From the sequence record NC_070962.1: 64,000 bases of DNA; one strand, given 5' to 3'. Below the pieces are notes generated by a model. It was not told the origin of the DNA, did no database searches, and worked only from the letters and a program-made list of their open reading frames with translations. Position numbers and translations under genes: made by a program. Positions within the stretch are counted from its first letter, which is position 1, and every line of letters starts with the position of its first letter. Below are positions 40,935 through 50,353 of this stretch, piece after piece.

Positions 40935-43900
40935 ATGACTAGAAATAGTAGAGAGCTATCTCAATTTGCGTCCTTCGTTGAAGTCAGAGATGCTAACCAA
41001 AATATAGGACTGACAACATCCCTAGTCATGCTAGGTGGTGTGGGCATCGGTAGTACGGTCGGTGATTATCTAACAGAACGAACGTCAAGAGGTTCTAATG
41101 CTGACGATTCACTGATCAACTTTAACGAGACATATTTGCTGGATGATGTTTATATTGAAGGAAACTTAAATATTGATGGTGGAGATAGTGGTGCAGTAAC
41201 TGGTTTTGGTGCTACATTCCCTAAGTTAAACGTAGGTGGACTAACAACAACTAGGGATCTTGTAGTAGTTGGTGTCACAACACTTGCCCGTGACACTGGA
41301 ATGGGTACAGTTTATATTGGTCAACCATCAGTTCCTGTGCAAAATGCTCAAGGAACTGCGGCAGGAAGTAATGCAGATATTGGTATTGCTCTTACTGGTC
41401 CTGGTGGTGGTGCATATGCGGATGATGCAAGTACAGCACATGGTTTAGTTGTTATTGATAATGTTGGTGCAGCAGATCCAAAAGAAGTTGCACTTTATGT
41501 TGCAGGTAGAGTTCACTTTAATGGTGGTGATCCTCTTATCACAGATCCAATCAATGGTGGTGAAGTTGGATTAGGCACAGAATTTGTTGTTGTTCCATCT
41601 GCACTATTCTATGACAAAGTAACTGTCATGGAAGGTGTTGACATTATTCAGCAACCAGGTATAGGTCTTTCTGCTACATTAAGAGTATTTAATCCAGAGT
41701 TTGAAAATGATCCTGGTGGAGCAGCAGGTGATGACTTTGGGAATCCAGCAATTTGGACAACTGGTGGTGCTCAAGTTGATTGTAACTTAGGTGTCGGTAA
41801 ATCTGCAGTAATTAAAGGTTCTCTTGAAGTTGGTTCTGAGATTGATTATACTAATCCAACAACTGCATCAGAAAATACTTTCTTAAATAACACAGCATTT
41901 AGAGTTCCAGAATTTTATGTAGGTATTGGTTCTGGTGATCAAAGATTTACAGATGGTAGTGCTGCTGCCAATGGAAATAGAACAAGTATCAACTTTGGCA
42001 CATCTACACTCACTGATCTATTACCAAAAATTGCTGATGGTAGACCACATGCGGGTATTGGATCTGAAGGTGGACGTTGGGAAAATGGTTACTTCCACTT
42101 CTTAGATATTGGTCCTGCTGGAACAGACAGTCAGGTAAATATGGTAAACCTAGATGTTGGTCTAGGTGCAACTATTGCTTACTTATCTGTTGCTGGTGTT
42201 GGTGGAACTGATGAGAATGAAGTTTATCTAGATGTTGGTCCTGGTAAAGCAACATTTGCCAATGTTGATAGTGCAGGTTATTTCAATCATGTTGGTGTTG
42301 CAACAATCAATGGGTTCTTAAACGTAATTAGTGATGCTTATAATAATGCGTTCGTTTCTACTGCTTTCCAAGCAAATAACGTAGATTTATATAAGCAAGA
42401 CGAAACTAATAGTACAAATCCAGAGTTCTTCTACCCAGCAATGGGTAACTCTGGACAAAATCAAATTGATGCTGGTGGTCAACTATTTGTCAACCCAGGT
42501 TTCTACTTAGATGCGTTTAGTACAAGTCTATTCGTACATAATAATCTGAATGTTCTTGGTACTGCAATTAACGCATCACTAGAAAATCCAGATTTAAGAT
42601 TCGACTTATTAAACTATGGTGTTACTGAACTTAATATTGCAAGTCAGGCAAGATATATTGACATTGGTGAGGGAGAAAGTGCTGATGGTGGATTTACATC
42701 TATTAGAAGTAATGTTACCGAACTAACAAGACTTAGACTCTCACAAAATGATATTCAAGCATCTACTGGTGACACTGCAATTACACTTACTGATAATACA
42801 TTAGTAGCAATTGCTGGTTATGTTCAAATTGGTGGTACTTATATTAAGTGTGATCAGAACGATATTAACATTGCAGACACATCATTAAGAGCAGATCTAT
42901 TCAAGGGTGCAACTGATATTGTAATTGGTGGAGATGATCTTGGTATTGCTACCATCAGAAATAATGTTACTGAACTTACTGGTTTCTTAAGACTTAAGAA
43001 GAATGTTATTCAGGCAGATGATGGTGGAACTGCTATTACAGTCGGTACTGCTGGAACATTTACTGCTACAGAAGGTGATTTAATTGTTGGTGGTAATGAT
43101 ATTCAAACTGGATTTGGTATTACCAACATTCAAATGGTTAGTGATACTAAAACTATTTTCTATGGTGACATTGAAGTTCGTGGAAACGAGATTTTATCTT
43201 CTGATGGATCTGTCAACATATTGATGTTTGACAGTCAAGAATTAACAAGTTTCACTGGTGATATTAGAGTTGAAGGTAATAATATTCTAGCAGGTACTGG
43301 TGATACGAATATCACCTTGGTTGCAAATAATAATACCATATTTGCTGGACCAATTCAAGTCAATGGTGACATTATTCGTGCAAGTAATGGTCAAGATAAT
43401 ATCTTGATGGATAGTGATCTAAAGACAACGGTTACAGGTGATTTACAAGTAGGTACAGGCACAATGCGTGCTGGTGATGGAACTATCTGTATCGCAATGG
43501 AAGGTGGAACTGGTGATGTTGGAATTACAAGTGATTTAACTGCTAACAGTGTATTCTTTAATGGTCTTGAAGCAAGACTAAATGTTCAAGATGTCAACAT
43601 TAGAGACAATCTTCTGACACTTGGTCTCATTGAAGATCCACTGAATGAAGGAACACTTATTCCTCCTAATGTATCAACAGGAAATACTGGTGATGCTGGT
43701 ATTTTGATGGCACGTTATGATGTTGGTCTCTCAACTCATAAGTATGCTGGTATTTTCTATGATCAATCTGCTGGAAGAGTTGCAATCCGCACTGATGTAA
43801 ATCCTGATCCTGGTACTGGTGAAGTTGGAAGAAATCGTTATGTCGTACCTCAAGGACTTCCATCAGAGATGGAGTTACAAAATCTCTATATTAACATAAA

Positions 43901-44012
43901 CAATACACTTGGACTTACTACAATCTTTGAAGCAGCAACAGTTGACACTGGTGAAGAAGTCAAAGAAGTTCTAAATGTTGTAAATGTTGAGATTGATGCT
44001 GGGTTCTATTGA
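40935..44012 (+). CDS. Long tail fibre protein
   Basis: Roughly 31-aa repeats (NDIQASTGDTAITL, NVIQADDGGTAITV, NEILSSDGSVNILM, NNILAGTGDTNITL). Late promoters at 40872 and 40895. Confidence 0.7.
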   Translation: MTRNSRELSQFASFVEVRDANQNIGLTTSLVMLGGVGIGSTVGDYLTERTSRGSNADDSLINFNETYLLDDVYIEGNLNIDGGDSGAVTGFGATFPKLNVGGLTTTRDLVVVGVTTLARDTGMGTVYIGQPSVPVQNAQGTAAGSNADIGIALTGPGGGAYADDASTAHGLVVIDNVGAADPKEVALYVAGRVHFNGGDPLITDPINGGEVGLGTEFVVVPSALFYDKVTVMEGVDIIQQPGIGLSATLRVFNPEFENDPGGAAGDDFGNPAIWTTGGAQVDCNLGVGKSAVIKGSLEVGSEIDYTNPTTASENTFLNNTAFRVPEFYVGIGSGDQRFTDGSAAANGNRTSINFGTSTLTDLLPKIADGRPHAGIGSEGGRWENGYFHFLDIGPAGTDSQVNMVNLDVGLGATIAYLSVAGVGGTDENEVYLDVGPGKATFANVDSAGYFNHVGVATINGFLNVISDAYNNAFVSTAFQANNVDLYKQDETNSTNPEFFYPAMGNSGQNQIDAGGQLFVNPGFYLDAFSTSLFVHNNLNVLGTAINASLENPDLRFDLLNYGVTELNIASQARYIDIGEGESADGGFTSIRSNVTELTRLRLSQNDIQASTGDTAITLTDNTLVAIAGYVQIGGTYIKCDQNDINIADTSLRADLFKGATDIVIGGDDLGIATIRNNVTELTGFLRLKKNVIQADDGGTAITVGTAGTFTATEGDLIVGGNDIQTGFGITNIQMVSDTKTIFYGDIEVRGNEILSSDGSVNILMFDSQELTSFTGDIRVEGNNILAGTGDTNITLVANNNTIFAGPIQVNGDIIRASNGQDNILMDSDLKTTVTGDLQVGTGTMRAGDGTICIAMEGGTGDVGITSDLTANSVFFNGLEARLNVQDVNIRDNLLTLGLIEDPLNEGTLIPPNVSTGNTGDAGILMARYDVGLSTHKYAGIFYDQSAGRVAIRTDVNPDPGTGEVGRNRYVVPQGLPSEMELQNLYININNTLGLTTIFEAATVDTGEEVKEVLNVVNVEIDAGFY

Positions 44013-44095
44013 CAAGATCCCTGTTTATGAGTAGAATATCTCTGTCAGGGATCAAAAGGAAGGCTCTTGACAACTCTGAGACTTATCTATATAAT
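44009..44095 (+). promoter_or_regulatory. Two tandem sigma70-type promoters
   Basis: TTGACA(44009)-17-TAGAAT(44032) and TTGACA(44067)-17-TATAAT(44090). An inverted repeat GATCCCTG/CAGGGATC brackets the first -10. Confidence 0.8.
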
Positions 44096-44123
44096 GCTAA
44101 GACACTAGTAAAGGAGCATTTTC

Positions 44124-44288
44124 ATGGACCCTAATGACATTTCATTACAAACACCTTCAAAATCTTTTGAATATGAGAAAGTTTCAAGAGAAATTGATAA
44201 GATTGAAGATATTGAGGGTCTACGAACGATGCTTAAGTCATATGTAAAATTATATTTCAAACAACAAGAAACGATCAGAATGATCTGA
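44124..44288 (+). CDS. 54-aa NblA-like helix-loop-helix protein (not in the ORF track)
   Basis: Shine-Dalgarno AAGGAG. Hand translation MDPNDISLQTPSKSFEYEKVSREIDKIEDIEGLRTMLKSYVKLYFKQQETIRMI. The ORF itself is well supported; the NblA resemblance is judged by eye. Confidence 0.5.
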   Translation: MDPNDISLQTPSKSFEYEKVSREIDKIEDIEGLRTMLKSYVKLYFKQQETIRMI

Positions 44289-44291
44289 TAA

Positions 44292-44348
44292 GACCAGTTT
44301 GAGAACTGTCACAGGCACCTTGACTTTCGGGTCAGGGTGCCTTATATT
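44292..44348 (+). promoter_or_regulatory. Early promoter with upstream dyad motif and overlapping terminator-like hairpin
   Basis: GACCAGTT-n6-CTGTCAC, then TTGACT-17-TATATT. Hairpin GGCACCTTGAC-TTTCGG-GTCAGGGTGCC at 44314-44341. Confidence 0.7.
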
Positions 44349-44371
44349 ATATTCATCGACACGGAAACCAC

Positions 44372-45619
44372 TTGACCATCTCTCTTCGTCCTCATCAGCA
44401 ACGTGCTTGCGATGCTATGCTGACATTTGATAAGGGTCAGATCATTGTTCCGACTGGTGGTGGTAAAACTATCACCATGATTCAAGATACTATTACAACT
44501 CACGATGCAATCAACAGTGGCACCACTACTGTTGTTGTTGCTCCTCGTATTCTTCTTGCTGAGCAACTTTGCAGTGAGTTTCTGGAACTGATTGACACTA
44601 AGAATGTCCATGTAATGCACGTTCACAGTGGTGAAACTCATCACTTCAGCAGCACCAAAGCAGACCAAATTCATCTGTTTGCTAATGTTGCTCGGACTGC
44701 TGGTGATTCTTGCATTATTTTTACCACTTATCACTCCCTGCACAAAGTTCAGCAGGCAGATATTGAAGTCAATACCATTTACTTCGATGAATCTCACAAC
44801 TCTGTTACCCGTAACTTCTTTCCTGCTACTGAGCACTTCAGTTCTTCTGCTGATCGTTGCTATTTCTTTACTGCGACTCCGAAACACTCTGCTACGGTGA
44901 TGAAACCTGGCATGAATGATCGTGAGGTCTATGGTGATGTAATCTGTCAGGTTCCTGCACCTGAACTTGTCAACAATGGTTTCATCATTCCTCCTAAGGT
45001 TGTTGTCAACGAACTGGACAATGCTGATCTGTTTGCTGATGTTCCTGCACGGGATTCTGCTCACCTGATCAAAACTATTGATGAGACTGGTGCTGACAAA
45101 GCACTGATCTGCTCCAAGTCTACGAAGAACATTGTCAACCTAATTGGTCAGTCTGACTTTACTTTCCAACTGGAGATCCGCGGATATTCTTACATGTATA
45201 TCACTGCCAAGACTGGTGCAGTGATTGATGGTCGCAAGGTCAATCGTGAGGTTTTCTTTGAGACTTTGAGTGCATGGGGCAAAGACAATGAGAAGAAGTT
45301 TGTTGTGTTGCACCACAGCATTCTGTCTGAAGGTATCAACGTCTCTGGTCTCAATGCTGTGATCTTCATGCGGTCTATGGACTACATCGGTATCAGTCAG
45401 ACCATCGGACGTGTGATCCGTTTGCACAAAGATGATGCTGAAGGTCTTCGCAATGGCACCATCATTCCTGGTAAACTTGACCAGTATACCAAATCTTTTG
45501 GTCTGGTTTGCATCCCTACCTACAACAAAGTAGGTATCCAGACTGCTCAAAAGATTCAGAATGTTGTTGACATTGTGTTTGAGCAAGGTGGTGCTGCTGT
45601 TTCTACAATCAAGAGGTGA
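44372..45619 (+). CDS. Superfamily 2 (DEAD/DEAH, ResIII-like) helicase
   Basis: Walker A VPTGGGKT, Walker B variant YFDESH, TATP, LSEGINV and QTIGRVIR. TTG start. Confidence 0.9.
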   Translation: MTISLRPHQQRACDAMLTFDKGQIIVPTGGGKTITMIQDTITTHDAINSGTTTVVVAPRILLAEQLCSEFLELIDTKNVHVMHVHSGETHHFSSTKADQIHLFANVARTAGDSCIIFTTYHSLHKVQQADIEVNTIYFDESHNSVTRNFFPATEHFSSSADRCYFFTATPKHSATVMKPGMNDREVYGDVICQVPAPELVNNGFIIPPKVVVNELDNADLFADVPARDSAHLIKTIDETGADKALICSKSTKNIVNLIGQSDFTFQLEIRGYSYMYITAKTGAVIDGRKVNREVFFETLSAWGKDNEKKFVVLHHSILSEGINVSGLNAVIFMRSMDYIGISQTIGRVIRLHKDDAEGLRNGTIIPGKLDQYTKSFGLVCIPTYNKVGIQTAQKIQNVVDIVFEQGGAAVSTIKR

Positions 45620-45622
45620 TCT

Positions 45623-45847
45623 ATGAAGTATACATATAGTAACTCATCACTGTTAGAACCTGATTTTCGCAATCAATATTGCTCAGATGATGGAAACTTT
45701 GTTGTGATTCCAATGGCAGGTAAGAAAGAAAAATATACTCTAATTGTTCAAGGAAACACAACTGGAAAAACCTATCGCAAATTTGACACAGCACTTAAAG
45801 AAGTGATAAAATTGCAGAATAGGTATCACAAAAAACTCAAAAAGTAA
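45623..45847 (+). CDS. Hypothetical protein
   Basis: Compact ORF between the helicase and the oxygenase cluster. Confidence 0.65.
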   Translation: MKYTYSNSSLLEPDFRNQYCSDDGNFVVIPMAGKKEKYTLIVQGNTTGKTYRKFDTALKEVIKLQNRYHKKLKK

Positions 45848-45852
45848 TTGGT

Positions 45853-46521
45853 ATGTCACATTTTCATCTTTATTCTGATCCACCTGAAGGAAACGTAGAG
45901 TATTTGATTCCAATGTTCTCTACTCCTCTTTTACATCTTAAAGTAGTAAATTGGGAAGAAAAAAAGGCAGAACTTCTCAAAATGTATGAAAATAGAAAAC
46001 AAGATCGATCCAGATTTAAAGTTGCAACTGGTAGTGAATTAAGTCTAGATGTTGAAACAGACTATCATCATAATCATGACACTGGAGAAACTTATGATGA
46101 AGACATCATGGATATTTTTCAGGAAGAACTAGAAACTCTTGCTGATACCTTCGAGTGTAGTGTTGATGTTTGTACCTCATGGTTTGAGAAAGCATCAAAA
46201 AGTAAGTTTCATCAGGTTCATAATCACGGATCACAAGGATTTAGTGCTGTATGTTTTGTTCAATTCGATGAAAAACATCACACACCAACAATTTTCCTTA
46301 ATCCAAATTTAGCAGATGTTGAAGTTTGTAATGTGATTCCACCAGGAATTAGAGAGGGATCACTTATCTTCTTCCCATCATATGTTTTACATTATACCGC
46401 ACCAAATGTAAGTGATGTTGATAGAATTATTCTATCATTTAATATCAATGCCGAGTATGAATCATTTACATTTGAGGAAGAAAGTCAGTTTGATTCCGAA
46501 TATGTAAACAACGATGTCTAA
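45853..46521 (+). CDS. Putative 2OG-Fe(II) oxygenase (HxH type)
   Basis: FHQVHNHG...LIFFPSYVLH..RIILSFN. Confidence 0.8.
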   Translation: MSHFHLYSDPPEGNVEYLIPMFSTPLLHLKVVNWEEKKAELLKMYENRKQDRSRFKVATGSELSLDVETDYHHNHDTGETYDEDIMDIFQEELETLADTFECSVDVCTSWFEKASKSKFHQVHNHGSQGFSAVCFVQFDEKHHTPTIFLNPNLADVEVCNVIPPGIREGSLIFFPSYVLHYTAPNVSDVDRIILSFNINAEYESFTFEEESQFDSEYVNNDV

Positions 46522-47077
46522 ATCATTTGTTCTTCGCAATTTCTTATTCGATCATGATGTAAAGCAATTAAATCAATGGACTCTCGATAATTGTCATCGA
46601 AAGATCTTTGAGGATGCTTGCATGGATCCTGACAATCCTGGAACAAGATTTACAACTCGGTTTCCAAATGAATCAGTTGCTCCTGATATAAATTATCCCA
46701 AATCTGCATTTGCAGTCAAGCAAAGAATTGTAGATTACTTTCATTTGAGACGATATAAAAATCCACCATCATACAGTCATGGCATTGTTAATGGTATAGG
46801 ATATGCTGGTGGAAGAATAGAAAATCATATTGATCCCACATACTATCCAAATACTAAAACTGTTCACTTCAATGCCATCACGCAGCAGGCATCTAGGGGT
46901 GGACATACTGTCATTGGTGGTGTAGAATATAATGATCTCAATCCTACAGATCTTCTAATTTACCAGGTATCTGAAATTCATCATGAAGTTACACCAACAG
47001 AAGGTAATATACCAAGAATACTGTGGGTGTTTGGTTTTTGTTTAGATGACATAAAAATAAAGGAGTTATTCTTATGA
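46514..47077 (+). CDS. Putative 2OG-Fe(II) oxygenase
   Basis: IENHID...GG...HHEVTP...RILWVFG. Confidence 0.78.
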   Translation: MSKSFVLRNFLFDHDVKQLNQWTLDNCHRKIFEDACMDPDNPGTRFTTRFPNESVAPDINYPKSAFAVKQRIVDYFHLRRYKNPPSYSHGIVNGIGYAGGRIENHIDPTYYPNTKTVHFNAITQQASRGGHTVIGGVEYNDLNPTDLLIYQVSEIHHEVTPTEGNIPRILWVFGFCLDDIKIKELFL

Positions 47078-47805
47078 TAGACCTGAGTAAAGATCCAACA
47101 TTGTTTGAGACTAATGATTTCTCAAACATGAATATCATTGAGTTTGTTGATGGTGATAGGGTATCTAATCTTTATTGGATGGATAATTTCTATAAAAGAC
47201 CTGATGATGTATATAACTATTTGCTTTCTATTGAACCACCATTATGGAAAGTAGGACCAGACTGGGAACTTGGTAGAGGAACACTCAACACCAAGTATTT
47301 TGAAGATCGTAGACATATGATGGAACATCCTGGCATATGCTCACTGTATGATAAGGTTTCTGATATTTGTGGTCAAGAACCATTGGACGATGAAATTGTT
47401 ACTAATTTCACAAGATTTTCCAGAGTAAGAGAGAACCCATACAAAACTCATTACTGGTGGCCTCATCATGATGGAGGATATAATGGTATTTGTTATCTCT
47501 CTAAGAAGGATGAAGTTGGCACAAACTTATATAAACCACTGATCACTGATGATCCTGAGATACTACCTTTGGATGAGAATGGTGGTGTGAGAGATGAACA
47601 TGCTATTCCGTGGACACCTAAAAACCTATGGGAAATTGTGGTGAGATTTAGATCGAAGTTTAATCGATTTGTAATGTTTGAAGGTTCATATTATTATCAC
47701 AGTATGGATCTAACTGGTAAAAATTATTTTGCAGATCATTTTAATGATGCAGAATTTAGAATCAATCAAGTATTTTTCTTCAAAAATCCAAGGGCACCAA
47801 GATAA
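47074..47805 (+). CDS. Putative 2OG-Fe(II) oxygenase-like protein
   Basis: WPHHD..GICYL..GT.LY...FNRFVMF...YHS...RINQVFF. Confidence 0.7.
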   Translation: MIDLSKDPTLFETNDFSNMNIIEFVDGDRVSNLYWMDNFYKRPDDVYNYLLSIEPPLWKVGPDWELGRGTLNTKYFEDRRHMMEHPGICSLYDKVSDICGQEPLDDEIVTNFTRFSRVRENPYKTHYWWPHHDGGYNGICYLSKKDEVGTNLYKPLITDDPEILPLDENGGVRDEHAIPWTPKNLWEIVVRFRSKFNRFVMFEGSYYYHSMDLTGKNYFADHFNDAEFRINQVFFFKNPRAPR

Positions 47806-48467
47806 TGACTGAACATAGATTTAGACCAGAGATAAGTCCAAATGATGATAATTTTGTTGCATATGAAGTTTCTTCAAGGGATCGATTAGATTTATTTGTA
47901 ACACCATTTTATGACTATAAACTGGGATTAAATAATCAAGAAATTGTAGATGAATGTTTTAATCTAAAAGAAAAGTATCCAAATGGAGTTAAAAAATCCA
48001 ATTTTGGTGATGGTTGGCAAAGTCAAGTATATGAATTAGCAACAATTAGAAGAGGAATGATCCCAGCAATTCAAAATCTTGCTAGGAACGTGATTGATCT
48101 CACAAACGATATGCTTGAGGATTGTCATTCTGGTAAATCAGTGAATGATAATGAAATTGGTTGGTGGATTAACATTAACAAAGGGATGGGATATAATGTA
48201 TATCATACACATCCTGGTTGTTCTGTAATTGGACTATATTATCCTATGGTTCCAGAAAATATGGGTGATCAAGAAGGACTTCTTACACTACTGAGATCTG
48301 ATCCTTCAAGTCATAATGAAGCATTTGCTGATATTGAAGGGCATTGTGAGTGGGTTATTAGACCAGAAGTTGGAAGACTTTATCTGATGCCTTCTACTAT
48401 TGCTCATTATGTAACTCCTCATTTTAGTGATCAGGAGAGAATATCCATTGCATTTAATATTGGATAA
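47805..48467 (+). CDS. Putative 2OG-Fe(II) oxygenase (HxH type)
   Basis: YNVYHTHPG...PSTIAHYVTP...RISIAFN. Confidence 0.8.
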   Translation: MTEHRFRPEISPNDDNFVAYEVSSRDRLDLFVTPFYDYKLGLNNQEIVDECFNLKEKYPNGVKKSNFGDGWQSQVYELATIRRGMIPAIQNLARNVIDLTNDMLEDCHSGKSVNDNEIGWWININKGMGYNVYHTHPGCSVIGLYYPMVPENMGDQEGLLTLLRSDPSSHNEAFADIEGHCEWVIRPEVGRLYLMPSTIAHYVTPHFSDQERISIAFNIG

Positions 48468-48470
48468 ATA
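48464..48470 (+). promoter_or_regulatory. Late promoter ATAAATA
   Basis: Directly upstream of the collar-domain genes, marking them as late (structural). Confidence 0.7.
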
Positions 48471-48504
48471 ATACACGTTATCTGTTGTTAGTAATTGGTA
48501 TAAT

Positions 48505-49041
48505 ATGTCTATTTTACAAACGAGTGGTATACAATTTGGTTCTGACAATACCATTCTAAACTCTAAGTATGGTATTATTCCTCAAAATAGTAAAGCAGTA
48601 TTTTATCAAGCAAATGCTCCTACTGGATGGACAAAAGTAACTACACATAATAATAAAGCACTTAGAGTTGTATCTGGAACTGGTGGTGGATATGGTTCTG
48701 GTGGAACTGCTGGTCCTGGTGGACAACCATTCTCGACAATTTTTCCCACCAGTGTTCGTCCAATTAGTGGAACTGTAACTGCTGCTGGTACTGTAAATGC
48801 GACAACATTGACAATTCAACAAATTCCTGGACACACACATAATGCAGGTTCTCAAGTTAATGTCAGTCCTGGATCTCCTGGTATTGGTGGACGTGCTGTA
48901 AATGCTCAAGCACCAGCAACATCACCAACTGGAGGTGGAGGTTCTCATACTCACCCATTTGGTGGAAGTGCATCACCATATAGTGGAACTATTGACATGA
49001 GAGTTCAATATATTGATGTCATCATTTGTAACTTCACTTGA
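48505..49041 (+). CDS. Short tail-collar/needle-type fibre protein
   Basis: FYQANAPTGWTK..HNNKALRVV collar motif, two HTH motifs 35 aa apart, C-terminal RVQYIDVIIC. Confidence 0.75.
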   Translation: MSILQTSGIQFGSDNTILNSKYGIIPQNSKAVFYQANAPTGWTKVTTHNNKALRVVSGTGGGYGSGGTAGPGGQPFSTIFPTSVRPISGTVTAAGTVNATTLTIQQIPGHTHNAGSQVNVSPGSPGIGGRAVNAQAPATSPTGGGGSHTHPFGGSASPYSGTIDMRVQYIDVIICNFT

Positions 49042-49051
49042 GGTATAATGT

Positions 49052-50317
49052 ATGTCAATTTTAAGAGCAGACGGACTTAGATTTGGTAATGGAACTGAAT
49101 TAACAAGTTTTTATGGAATTGTTCCACAATCTTCCACGATGGTGTTTTATCAAGCATCAGCACCAACTGGGTGGACTAAATCTACAACACATGATAATAA
49201 AGCGCTTAGAGTTGTAGATGGAACTGGTGCAGGATCTGGTGGTTTAATTTCCTTCACAGATATATTCAATGATTCTACAGGTGCAGAAGCAGATCTTTCA
49301 GCAACACTTTCAGGTTCTGTAGGTGGTCATACTTTAACGGAAGCAGAGATTCCTGCACATACTCATAACACTGGAAGTAATCCTAATTCATATAGATCTT
49401 CTGCTGGTTCTTCACCATTCAGAACCGATAACAGACAACCACGTGGATATAATATCAGAGCAATAACAAGAACTGTTCAAAACAATAGGGTTATTGTTAA
49501 TTTTAGACAACCAGTTAATGTAAGACAACCTCGTAACTATAGGCAACCAAGAAGACAGAGAGTTCCACTCAGACAGAGACAACCTAGGAACTTTAGGGTT
49601 AGGTATCCTACACGTTCTAGAGCACCATTTAACTTCCGTGCTCCTGTTCCTTTCCGTGTTCCATTAAGATCTAGAGCACCATTTAACTTCCGTGCTGATG
49701 TAGGAAGAAGTAGAAGACCAATTCCTTTCTCTTTCCGTGCATCTATTAGAAATAATGATAGATTCCCAAGAAGAAGAGGTGGAAGACGTAGGAGAAACGA
49801 TAGAGAACCAAGAAGAGCAGATAGAAGACAACCAAGAAACTCTGGTTGGAGACAAAGAAGACAACTTAGACAACCTAGATCTGCTAGACAGAGAAGGTCA
49901 TTCCGTCAACCTCGTAACTTCAGACAACCTAGAGCAGCAAGACAGAGGAGATCATTCAGGGTAAGACAACCAAGAACATTTAGAGTGAGATATTCATTCA
50001 GACAGAGAAATTCTTATCGTGTGAATATTCCGTTCAGAGCAGTAGTTCCACAGAGAAATCCTGCATCTTATAGACAACCAAGATCATATCGTGTACCACA
50101 AAGATACCCACAAACTAGCAGTGTGAGAGTATCGCAGAGAGTTTTAACTCCTGGTGGTACAATCAGAGCAAATAATACTCAAGCACCAGCAACATCACCA
50201 AGTGGTGGTGGTCAATCACATAATCATCCATTTACTGGATCTCCAATATCATGGGTTGCTTCATTGTCACCATTGAGAGTACAATACATCGACGTGATTC
50301 TTTGCAGTTTGGACTGA
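49052..50317 (+). CDS. Tail-collar/needle-type fibre protein with a ~240-aa Arg-rich insertion
   Basis: N- and C-termini are colinear with 48505..49041 (FYQASAPTGWTK; HTH at aa 103-105; HNH at aa 390-392; RVQYIDVILC). The interior is RQPR-type repeats. Confidence 0.75.
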   Translation: MSILRADGLRFGNGTELTSFYGIVPQSSTMVFYQASAPTGWTKSTTHDNKALRVVDGTGAGSGGLISFTDIFNDSTGAEADLSATLSGSVGGHTLTEAEIPAHTHNTGSNPNSYRSSAGSSPFRTDNRQPRGYNIRAITRTVQNNRVIVNFRQPVNVRQPRNYRQPRRQRVPLRQRQPRNFRVRYPTRSRAPFNFRAPVPFRVPLRSRAPFNFRADVGRSRRPIPFSFRASIRNNDRFPRRRGGRRRRNDREPRRADRRQPRNSGWRQRRQLRQPRSARQRRSFRQPRNFRQPRAARQRRSFRVRQPRTFRVRYSFRQRNSYRVNIPFRAVVPQRNPASYRQPRSYRVPQRYPQTSSVRVSQRVLTPGGTIRANNTQAPATSPSGGGQSHNHPFTGSPISWVASLSPLRVQYIDVILCSLD

Positions 50318-50320
50318 TCA

Positions 50321-50334
50321 TGCTATAATAAATA
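50321..50334 (+). promoter_or_regulatory. Overlapping extended -10 (TGcTATAAT) and late (ATAAATA) promoter
   Basis: Sequence TGCTATAATAAATA immediately after the Arg-rich gene and before 50354. Confidence 0.55.
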
Positions 50335-50353
50335 ATACACTGAATTTCATCTT

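Noticed and set aside
11918-44012. Introns, inteins, programmed frameshifts or an alternative genetic code
   Set aside because: The very long ORFs are uninterrupted under the standard code, and no intein or homing-endonuclease motifs were recognised.
44342-45064. Long minus-strand ORFs (also 56567..57475, 16661..17032 and others)
   Set aside because: They mirror well-supported plus-strand genes, lack motifs and ribosome-binding sites, and run against the uniform gene orientation.
49737-49964. Acidic 75-aa ORF overlapping the Arg insertion in another frame
   Set aside because: AGA-rich codons read out of frame give GAA/GAC/GAT. There is no Shine-Dalgarno and the start is TTG/CTG-like, so it is most simply a by-product of the Arg frame.
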